A DNA stretch of 64,000 nucleotides from Eledone cirrhosa (Eukaryota): assembly GCA_964016885.1 (NCBI GenBank), contig OZ024744.1, positions 120,962,001 to 121,026,000 on the forward strand. The letters are read 5' to 3'. The notes under the pieces were generated by a model, which saw nothing but the letters and a program-made list of their open reading frames with translations, did no database searches and had not been told where the DNA came from. Positions within the stretch are counted from its first letter, which is position 1; the number at the start of each line of letters is the position of its first letter. A program made the position numbers and the translations under genes. Positions 54,582 to 64,000 of this stretch are shown piece after piece.

Positions 54582-56431
54582 TCCAGAATTGAGAGATCAC
54601 TGCTCCAATAATATGGGCATGTGATTAGAACGACTCAGGAAAGAATCTCTGAATTGAGACATCACAGCTCTGATACTATGACATGTGGTTAGAAAGTCTC
54701 AGGAAAGAATCTCTGAATTGAGAGATCACAGCTCTGATACTATGGATATGTGGATAGAATGTCTCGGGGAAGAATCTCTGAATTGAGAGATCACAGCTCT
54801 GATACTACAGATATGTGGTTAGAATGTCTCAGGAAAGAATCTCTGAATTGAGAGATCACAGCTCTGATACTATGACATGTGGCTAGAATATCTCAGGAAA
54901 GAATCTCTGGATTGAGAGATCACAGCTCTGATACTATGGACATGTGGTTAGAATGTCTCAGGAAAGAATCTCTGAATTGAGAGATCACAGCTCTGATACT
55001 ATGACATGTGGTTAGAATGTCTCAGGAAAGAATCTCTGAATTGAGAGATCACAGCTATGATACTATGACATGTGGTTAGAATGTCTCAGGAAAGAATCTC
55101 TGAATTTAGAGATCATAGCTCTGATACTATGACATGTGGCTAGAATATCTCAGGAAAGAATCTCTGGATTGAGAGATCACAGCTCTGATACTATGGACAT
55201 GTGGTTAGAATGTCTCAGGAAAGAATCTCCGAATTGAGAGATCACAGCTCTGATACTATGACATGGGGTTAGAATGTCTCAGGAAAGAATCTCTGAATTG
55301 ATAGATCACAGCTCTGATACTGTGGACATGTGGTTAGAATGTCTCAGGAAAGAATCTCTGAATTGAGAGATCACAGCTCTGATACTATGACATGTGGTTA
55401 GAATGTCTCAGGAAAGAATCTCTGAATTGAGAGATCCTAGCTCTGATACTATGACATGTGGTTAGAATATCTCAGGAAACAATGTCTGGATTGAGAGATC
55501 ACAGCTCTGATACGATGGACATGTGGTTAGAATGTCTCAGGAAAGAATCTCTGAATTGAGAGATCACAGCTCTGATACTATGACATGTGGTTAGAATGTC
55601 TCAGGAAAGAATCTCTGAGTTGAGAGATCACAGCTCTGATACTATGATATGTGGTTAGAATGTCTCAGGAAAGAATTTCTGAATTGAGAGATCACAGCTC
55701 TGATACTATGACATGTGGTTAGAATGTCTCAGGAAAGAATCTCTGAATTGAGAGATCACAGCTCTGATACTATGATATGTGGTTAGAATGTCTCAGGAAA
55801 GAATTTCTGAATTGAGAGATCACAGCTCTGATACTATGACATGTGGTTAGAATGTCTCAGGAAAGAATCTCTGAATTGAGAGATCACAGCTCTGATACTA
55901 TGATATGTGGTTAGAATGTCTCAGGAAAGAATTTCTGAATTGAGAGATCACAGCTCTGATACTATGACATGTGGTTAGAATGTCTCAGGAAAGAATCTCT
56001 GAATTGAGAGATCACAGCTCTGATACTATGACATGTGGTTAGAATGTCTCAGGAAAGAATCTCTGAGTTGAGAGATCACAGCTCTGATACTATGATATGT
56101 GGTTAGAATGTCTCAGGAAAGAATTTCTGAATTGAGAGATCACAGCTCTGATACTATGACATGTGGTTAGAATGTCTCAGGAAAGAATCTCTGAATTGAG
56201 AGATCACAGCTCTGATACTATGATATGTGGTTAGAATGTCTCAGGAAAGAATTTCTGAATTGAGAGATCACAGCTCTGATACTATGACATGTGGTTAGAA
56301 TGTCTCAGGAAAGAATCTCTGAATTGAGAGATCACAGCTCTGATACTATGACATGTGGCTAGAATATCTCAGGAAAGAATGTCTGGATTGAGAGATCACA
56401 GCTCTGATACGATGGACATGTGGTTAGAATG
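54582..56431. repeat. Inverted array (~29 monomers) of the 64-bp satellite
   Basis: Unit CTGAATTGAGAGATCACAGCTCTGATACTATGACATGTGGTTAGAATGTCTCAGGAAAGAATCT is the reverse complement of the main consensus. A 128-bp dimer pattern runs across ~55620-56340. Confidence 0.98.
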
Positions 56432-58850
56432 ACACCTACATGACCACTTTACAGAGTGGACTAGGTACTTTTTTTGTGACACCTACATGACCACTTTACA
56501 GTGTAGACTGGGTACTTTTTGTTGTGACACCTACATGACCACTTTAGAGTGGGACTGGGTTCTTTTTGTTGTGACACCTACTTGACCACTTTACATTGTG
56601 TACTATGTACTTTTTGTTGTGAAACCTATATGGCTATTTTACTGTGTGTACTGGGTACTTGTTGTTGTGACACCTACATGAACACTTTACAGTGTGTACT
56701 GGGTACTTTTTGTTGTGGCACCTACATGACAACCCTACAGTGTCTACTGGGTAACTTTTGTTGTGACATCTACATGACCGCTTTACAGTGTGAACTGGGT
56801 ACCTTTTGTTGTCACACAAACATGACCACTTTACAGTGTGTACTGGGTGCATTTTGTTGTGACACCTACATGACCACTTTACAGTGTCTACTGGGTACTT
56901 TATGTTGTGACACCTACATGACCACTCTAGTGTGGACTGGGTACTTTTTGTTGACACCTACATGACCACTTTACAGTGTAGACTGGGTACTTTTTGTTGT
57001 GTCATCTACATGACCACTTTACAGTGTAGACTGGGTACTTTTTGTTGTGTCACATACATGACCACTTTACTGTGCGTACTGGGTATTTTTTGTTGTGGTT
57101 CCTACATGACCAATTTACAGTGTGTACTGGGTAGTTTTTGTTGTGATACGTATATGACCACTTTACAGTGTGAAGTGTGTACTTTTTGTTGTGACCCCTA
57201 CATGACCACTCTACAGTGTGGACTGGGTACTTTTTGTTGTGACACCTACATGACCACTTTACAGTGTGAAGTGTGTACTTTTTGTTGTGACTCCTACATG
57301 ACCACTCTACAGTGTGGACTGGGTACTTTTTGTTGTGACTCCTAGATTACCACTTTATAGTGTGTACTGGGTACTTTTTGTTTTGACACCTACATCGACA
57401 TTATGAAGTGTGTACTGGGTACTTTTTATTGGGACACCTACATGACCACTTTACAGTGTGGACAGGGTTCTTTTTGTTTTGACACCTACATCGACATTTT
57501 GAAGTGTGTACTGTGTACTTTTTATTGGGACACCTACATGACCACTTTACAGTGCGTACTGGCTAATTTTTGTTGTGACACCTACATGACCACTTTACAG
57601 TGTCTACTGGGTACTTGTTGTTGTGACGCATACATGACCACTCTACAGTGTGGACTGGGTACTTTTTGATGTGATACCTACATGACCACTTTACAGTGTG
57701 TACTGGGTACTTTTTGTTGTGACACCTACATGACCACTTTACAGTGTGTAGTGAGTAGTTTTTGTTGTGACACCTACTGACCACTTTACATTGTGGACTG
57801 GGTACTTTTGTTGTCCCTCCAACATGACCACTTTAGAGTGTATACTGGGTACTTTCTGTTATGTCACCTACATGAGCACTTTACAGTGTATACTGGGTAC
57901 TTTTTGTGTGGCACCTACATGAGCACTTTACAGTGTGTACTGGGTACCTTTTGTTGTGACACCTAGATGACCACTTTACAGTGTAGAGTGGGTACTTTTT
58001 GTTGTGACACCTACATGACCACTTTACAGTGTGTACTGGCTACTTTTTGTTGTGAGACCTGCATCACAACTTTACAGAGTGGACTGGGTACTTTTTTGTG
58101 ACACCTACATGACCACTTTACAGTGGGTACTGGGTACTTTTTGTTGTGACACCTACATGACCACTTTACAGAGTGGACTAGGTACTTTTTTTGTGACACC
58201 TACATGACCACTTTACAGTGTAGACTGGGTACTTTTTGTTGTGACACCTACATGACCACTTTACAGTGTGTACTAGGTACCTTTTGTTGTGACACCTACA
58301 TCGCCATTTTACAATGTGTACTGGGGACTTTTTGTTGTGACACCTACATGACCACTTTACAGTGTAGACTGGCTACTTTTTGTTGTGACACCTACATGAC
58401 CACTTTAGAGTGGGACTGGGTTCTTTTTGTTGTGACACCTACTTGACCACTTTACATTGTGTACTAGGTACTTTTTGTTGTGAAACCTATATGGCTATTT
58501 TACTGTGTGTACTGGGTACTTGTTGTTGTGACACCTACATGAACACTTTACAGTGTGTAGGGGGTACTTTTGTTGTGACATCTACATGATCACTTTACAG
58601 TGTCTACTGGGTACTTTTTGTTGTGTCACCTAGATGACCCACTTACAGTGTGGATTTGATACTTTTTGTTATGACACCCACATGACCACTTTACAGTGTG
58701 TAGTGGGTACTTTTTGCCGTGACACCTACACGACCACTGTACAGTGTGTACTAGTTACTTTTTGTTGTGACACCTACATGACCACTTTACAGTGTGTACT
58801 GGGTACTTTTTGTTGTGGCACCTACATAATCACTTTACAGTGTGTACTTT
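56430..58850. repeat. 48-bp minisatellite (~50 diverged units)
   Basis: Consensus GACACCTACATGACCACTTTACAGTGTGTACTGGGTACTTTTTGTTGT. It contains an internal duplication with an offset of ~1.86 kb (56541 vs 58402). Confidence 0.96.
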
Positions 58851-58982
58851 TGTCCTGGGACTAGGGAGGGGGCCGTAGGAATCTAGGGGAAAGTAGGGGA
58901 GATATTGTTACTGATTAAGGAGGTGGATGGGAGGGGATAGCAGGTTGAGGAAGATGTTGCCTACTAGGTATAAGCCTCAACC

Positions 58983-59490
58983 CTAGAACAATGGAGGGTG
59001 AGTCTTCTGTAAAACTGCATAGCACCAGAGGTCACGGTCCTGTGTCATTGCCTTGGTGAGGTGTAATTGTGCAAAGTCAGCTCTTATCACCTCATCGCAA
59101 GTCTTCCTAGGCCTGCTCACACCATGGTTACCATCAACTTTGAGCACTCTGCACCTTATTATACAGCTGTCATCTTTCATACACATCACATGTCCATTCC
59201 AATGTAATCTCTTCTCCTGAACACAACATCTGATTGCTCTTATGTCTAATTTCTCCTATAGTATATTTATACTTTGCTGTTCAGTTATATTGCTATTGCA
59301 CATCCAGTGAAGTGTGGAGGCTTCATTTCTTTCCAATCTTTGCAGGTCCTCAGCACACAGTGCCCAGGTCTCGCTGCTATGAAACATTGTTGTTTGTATA
59401 CATGTATCATAGAGTCTGCCTTTCCTTTTGAGGGGAAAACCTTTTGTAGTTAGTAGCAGTAGTAGCTCCCTGAACTTTCTCCAGCCCAAT
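58983..59490 (-). mobile_element. RTE-clade LINE 3' fragment (decayed)
   Basis: KGRLYDTCIQTTMFHSSETWAL...LQRLERNEASTLHWMC and RVLKVDGNHGVSRPRKT are RTE C-terminal motifs, here split across frames. Confidence 0.85.
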
Positions 59491-59654
59491 ATGCATATAT
59501 ATATATATATATCAGGATCTGATTATACAGAGCGATTGCCGGAGAGTATGGGCTGTAAAGTTGATAGGCTGATTATGAAGGAATGATGCTAGAGCTGTAA
59601 AATCTTACATGCCATTAATTTCAACTCTTCTTATTAATAACTGCATTGTTTCTC

Positions 59655-59740
59655 TCTAGGGACTATATTGAAAAATAAACCTCATTTGGTCATTCCATGA
59701 GAGTGTCTTGGTCAGCCTATGGACTTTTCAACCAACCCGT
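59655..59740 (-). mobile_element. Tc1/mariner-type terminal fragment
   Basis: Minus strand TA|CGGGTTGGTTGAAAAGTCCATAGGCTGACC...GAGGTTTATTTTTCAATATAGTCCC resembles mariner TIRs. Confidence 0.5.
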
Positions 59741-59843
59741 ATATATATATAAGCTAAAAAGAAATAACAGAAATAAAAAACACAATCGGTAGAGAATATG
59801 GAAGAAATATATTAGTTTAACGCTTGAAATAGCAGGAAGGGGG

Positions 59844-59879
59844 TCTTAAAGTTTCGGACGCTAGTCTTTCATCAGAAGA
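59844..59879 (-). ncRNA. Decayed minimal hammerhead-like motif (pLTR remnant)
   Basis: Minus strand TCTT-CTGATGA-aaGACtagcGTCc-GAAAC-ttt-AAGA. Confidence 0.4.
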
Positions 59880-59948
59880 AAGAATGAGAATTAGAAAGAT
59901 TGAGGCAGGGTGGAATCGGAAAAAGAAAGTGTATATATATATATATGT

Positions 59949-60900
59949 ATCATCATCATTTTCTGTCCAGTTTTCCCTGCTTGCAAGGGTGGGACAGGTC
60001 CTATTCACCACGGCATCTCTCCATTCATCACAGTACTTTGTCATCTCCTCCGTGAGCTTCAGCAATCTGAGGTCTGCTTTCACCACCTCCGCCTATGATT
60101 TTTGTGGTCTTCCTCTACTGCGTCTTCCTTCTACTGGGATTTACCCAGTGGTCATCCTCCATTTGCATCACATGTCCATACCATCTCAGTCTTCTCTCCT
60201 GCACACCACAACATCCCTCTTATATCCAGTTTCTTTCTAAACTCATCTATGCTCTGTCGTTCACAAACATTGACATTGCACATTCACTGGAACATGCTTG
60301 CTTCATTTCTCTCCAGCCATTGCATATCCTCCAGAGTTGCTGCCCATGTCTCACTACCATGCATCATCGCTCATCTCACACAGAATTCATATAACCGGCC
60401 TTTCTTCTATAGAACCCACCTACATTTGAAAAATGTGTCTATCACTGCGCCTTCTACTGTCAAATTTCCCTGTACATCTGCATACATATTTTTCCCTACC
60501 TGTTAGTTTTCCTGCTATCCCACTACATCTACATTGTGGACATTTTATAGAATTTATGCCAACTCCTTTCCTACATATCGAACATGGCCGTTTCCCTGAC
60601 AGAATCAGAGTTTTGTCCTCTTTCTTACTTATCAACACCTTTGTCTTAGCTAGGTCCACTCTCAGTCCTCTTGATTCCAACTGCTGTTTCCATAGCCAGA
60701 ATTTCTTCCTCTGTTATGGCTTGGAGGACTATAATGAACCAGAGTGGGCTGAGGACCGAACCCTGATGTACTCCTACTTGTATCTGGAATTCCTCACTAA
60801 ATTCCATTCCTCCACTCACTTTACTGACAGCACCTCTGTACATAGCTTGCACTGTCCTCACAAGCCATTGCTCTACATCTATTTTTCTTAGGGACCACCA
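59949..60900 (-). mobile_element. RTE-clade LINE RT fragment with Cys-rich insertion, internal deletions and a (GAT)n tail
   Basis: QVGVHQGSVLSPLWFIIVL; ESRGLRVDLAKTKVL...PCSICRKGVGINSIKC; VKADLRLLKLTEEM...WRDAV. Confidence 0.88.
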
Positions 60901-61480
60901 TATATATATATATATATGTGTGTGCATGTATGTATATATATATAGATACTACTGTACGTCTGTATACATATATGTATGTACGTATACATACTTATATTTA
61001 AGTAACAGCCGTACTAAGAGTGGGAAATGAAATTTCGTTTCATTTTTTCTGTTTATCGTTTTCTGTGCACCCGGCCGATTAACCCACTCGATATGCAAAT
61101 TGGGCTACTCAGCCGTTAATATGCATAAGGTAAGTATATACGTTCAACAATCTGGCAGGAAGGTATACGTTGCTGACGATAGCTAATAAGCTTGAAACTA
61201 GTACAGCGTTCCTTTGTCAGTGTTAAACAAACGAGCAACGATGGTTGTTAGACACTACGGCTTAATACGGGATGTTTGTTTACAAACACACCGAGCATTA
61301 CAATAAATGTTCGGTGAATCCATACGTACATATATATATGTGTGCATGTATGTATATATATATATATACATACTACTGTACGTCTGTATACATATGTGTA
61401 TGTACGTGTACATACTTATATTTAAGTAACAGCCATACTAAGAGTGGGAAATGAAATTTCGTTTCATTTTTTCCGTTTAT
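60901..61480 (+). mobile_element. Non-coding partial-tandem repeat (unit 424 bp) carrying a hammerhead ribozyme (retrozyme-like or non-autonomous Penelope-like)
   Basis: TACTACTGTACGTC recurs at 60947 and 61371. It is embedded in (TA)n. Confidence 0.85.
61152..61220 (+). ncRNA. Type I hammerhead ribozyme, intact core
   Basis: Stem I ACGTTG/CAGCGT, extended by AAGG/CCTT and CTGGCA/TGTCAG. Core CTGACGA at 61173-61179, stem II AGCT-aata-AGCT, GAAA at 61194-61197, palindromic stem III ACTAGT. Predicted cleavage after GUA at 61203. Confidence 0.8.
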
Positions 61481-61491
61481 ATATATATATA

Positions 61492-61885
61492 CTACCATTA
61501 AAGCCCGGCGTTGCTCGGGGTCAGTAAGTTACCAAAGTTAGGTTGCACCACCCATTTTATGGCAGCACTTTTTTGTCTGCCAGGCATTGGGTGATTGAAT
61601 TGCAAACCTGGACTGCCAAAGCAGGGGCTGCGCCAGCAGTGACAATTGTAGTTTCGCCTATGGATATTATCTCTGGGCAAAGAAGTGTTGAAATTTATTG
61701 TTTCACATTACTTGCGCAACACGCGCAAATTTTCAAAATTTGGACTGTGAACAACAATTATAATTGAGTGGCTGCTATTTGCAGTATAGCAATATAAGGT
61801 TGCACTTACCAATGAAACGGTCGTAAATACCTGGATAAAATCCTTCTCTTAATGCTTACCTGTGTTTTCTCTTTTATATATATAT
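61492..61885 (-). mobile_element. Non-autonomous Helitron-like element
   Basis: The minus-strand 3' end has a CCCGAGC-aac-GCCGGG hairpin, then 8 nt, then GTAG|T (canonical CTAG|T). The 5' end is TATATATATAAAA. Confidence 0.55.
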
Positions 61886-62084
61886 ATATAAATATATATA
61901 TACATAAATATATGTATACAGACGTACAGTAGTATGTATATATATATATACATACATGCACACTTATATATATGTACGTATGGATTCACCGAACATTTAT
62001 TATAATGCTCGGTGTGTTTGTAAACAAACATCCCGAATTAAGCCGTACAGTGTCTAACAACCATCGTTGTTCATTTGTTCAACC

Positions 62085-62153
62085 CTGACAAAGGAACGCT
62101 GTACTAATTTCAAGCTTATTAGCTATCGTCAGCAACGTATACCTTCCTGCCAG
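62085..62153 (-). ncRNA. Second hammerhead copy, intact core
   Basis: Identical to 61152-61220 except GAAATTAGTA, which gives a U-G wobble in stem III. Confidence 0.75.
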
Positions 62154-62495
62154 ATTGTTGAACGTATATACTTACGGCTTAATACGGGATGTTTGTTTAC
62201 AAACACACCGAGCATTATAATAAATGTTCGGTGAATCCATACGTACATATATATATGTGTGCATGTATGTATATATATATACATACTACTGTACGTCTGT
62301 ATACATATATGTATGTACGTATACATACTTATATTTAAGTAACAGCGGTACTAAGAGTGAGAAATGAAATTTCTTTTCATTTTTTCCGTTTATCGTTTTC
62401 GGTACCCCGGCCGATTAACTCACTCGATATGCAAATTAGGCTGCTCAGCCGTTAATATGCATAAGGAAACTATATACTTTCAGACGTTCAATCAT

Positions 62496-62564
62496 CTGGC
62501 AGGAAGGTATACGTTGCTGGCAATAGCTAATAAGCTTGAAACTAGTACAGCGTTCCTTTGTCAG
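62496..62564 (+). pseudogene. Third hammerhead copy, core mutated
   Basis: CTGGCAA replaces CTGACGA at 62517-62523; the stems are retained. Confidence 0.7.
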
Positions 62565-63009
62565 TGTTGAACAGATGAGCAACGGTGGTTGCTAGACACT
62601 GTACGGCTTAATTCGGGATATTTGTTTACAAACACACCAAGCATTATAATAAATGTTCGGTGAATCCATACGTACATATATATATGTGTGCATGCATGTA
62701 TATATATATATACATACTACTGTACGTCTGTATACATATATGTACGTACGTATACATACTTATATTTAAGTAACAGCCGTACTAAGAGTGAGAAATGAAA
62801 TTTCATTTCATTTTTTCCGTTTATATATATATATATATATATATATATTTCGTTTCTGAATTTGTTTAGCAAGATTCTTTATCTGAAATCGTGTGTTGAA
62901 ACCGATATTGTTATACTTTGGGAGGGTCATGTTGCCAATAAGAAACACACGCACCAGTTGCTTTCACTTCAATTTATTATATATTTATAAATTTATAAAT
63001 TTATAAATT

Positions 63010-64000
63010 TCTGGTTGGTTGGTTCGTTCCACAACCAGATAGTTGTTTATATATAGTCATAGTTCTTTCGTCACACACTCTGTGACCTCTTCAGTGACTG
63101 GGGATTCCTTTCTTTGTTTCTGTGCCTCTCCTTTGTTCTGTCCTACGCCATTTTGTTTCTGTGTGTGTGTTGTGTGCTCAGTCTGCGCATGCGCCACATA
63201 GGTGTCTGTGTGTGTTTATGTTCATTTATTTATTTGTTTATTTACATGTTACTGGTTGGTTGTTTGTTCTATGTGTGTGTGTGTTTTCATTTTGTCCCTA
63301 ATTGTAAGTTGTGATGTTGCTGTTCCACTCATATTTTCTATTTAATTTTGGTTGTAATTCTTTTATGTTTATTGCCTCTGTAATTTGTCTAAACATTGCG
63401 TCTTTTCTGTGTGTAGATTCTATTTTTATTTCTATGTTCTCTAATTTACCCTTGTGTTCTATCTTAGCATGTTGGTAGAGTACAGATGGTTCTTTATTAT
63501 CTTGAAGGTCTCGCCAGTGTTCATTTATCCGTTCCCCTACACTACGAGCTGTCTCACCTATGTACACTATATTTTTGTCTCTACATTGTTCTTCAGTACA
63601 TCTTATGCTATACACTACATTTCTAGTTTTACAGTTAATATGGGGGCTTATTTTACAGGTTATACCTTCAAGATAATAAAGAATCATCTGTACTCTACCA
63701 ACATGCTAAGATAGAACACAAGGGTAAATTAGAGAACATAGAAATAAAAATAGAATCTTCACACAGAAAAGACGCAATGTTTAGACAAATTACAGAGGCA
63801 ATAAACATAAAAGAATTACAACCAAAATTAAATAGAAAATATGAGTGGAACAGCAACATCACAACTTACAATTAGGGACAAAATGAAAACACACACACAC
63901 ATAGAACAAACAACCAACCAGTAACATGTAAATAAACAAATAAATAAATGAACATAAACACACACAGACACCCGGATGTGGTGCATGCGCAGACTGGGCA
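63010..64000 (-). mobile_element. Penelope-like element 3' end (GIY-YIG endonuclease) with 5' inverted duplication
   Basis: ORF 63298-63687 contains CKTRNVVYSIRC...C...YIGETARSVGERINEH...QH...H...EAINI...LN. Bases 63685-64000 are the near-exact reverse complement of ~63175-63488. Confidence 0.88.
63055..63099 (-). ncRNA. Minimal type I hammerhead in a Penelope pLTR
   Basis: Minus strand AGTCA-CTGAAGA-g-GTCACA-gagtg-TGTGAC-GAAA-GaaC-TA-TGACT. Stems I and II pair fully, with one unpaired G before stem II. Confidence 0.6.

Larger units (their letters stand above)
61890..62824. mobile_element. Inverted (61890-62172) plus direct ~1.5-unit (62173-62824, unit 429 bp) copy of the hammerhead repeat
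   Basis: TACGGCTTAA recurs at 62173 and 62602. The inversion junction is at ...TATATACTTAC|GGC. Confidence 0.88.

Noticed and set aside
56549-58864. Cys-rich 16-aa repeat protein (DTYMTTLQCVLGTFCC)
   Set aside because: Frequent frameshifts and stops; the ORFs arise only because 48 is divisible by 3.
59884-60891. Plus-strand ORFs of 60-150 aa
   Set aside because: They are antisense shadows of the decayed RTE LINE.

Overview
Repeat-rich, AT-rich eukaryotic DNA. The (TA)n/(CAT)n microsatellites and the RTE-LINE, SINE and Penelope mix suggest an octopod cephalopod (inference only). Bases 1-44317 are about 690 copies of a 64-bp satellite with nested higher-order duplications. The main result is that the minus-strand monomer translates as a decayed piece of an RTE-clade LINE reverse-transcriptase C-terminus (L[R]IERSQL[R]YY[G]HVVRMSQERI). 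The array is still joined in frame to its parent LINE fragment (RILSRIQAAEMGFLRRVFGITLLDKVSSLEIRE...VEPILL, 44318-44441). A second, inverted array of the same monomer (54582-56431) starts at the same register in a different, diverged LINE copy. It runs straight into a 48-bp minisatellite that appears to derive from a SINE. Between the two arrays lies a 643-codon exon of a GT22 (PIG-B/ALG9-like) mannosyltransferase with an unusual TPR-like C-terminus; its 5' exon(s) were not found in the window. The rest is mobile-element debris: Penelope GIY-YIG fragments, RTE LINEs, SINEs, and Helitron-, piggyBac- and mariner-like pieces. It also holds about ten hammerhead-ribozyme-like motifs, including a ~425-bp tandem/inverted non-coding repeat carrying a well-formed type I hammerhead. 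Most short ORFs in the track are microsatellite artefacts.
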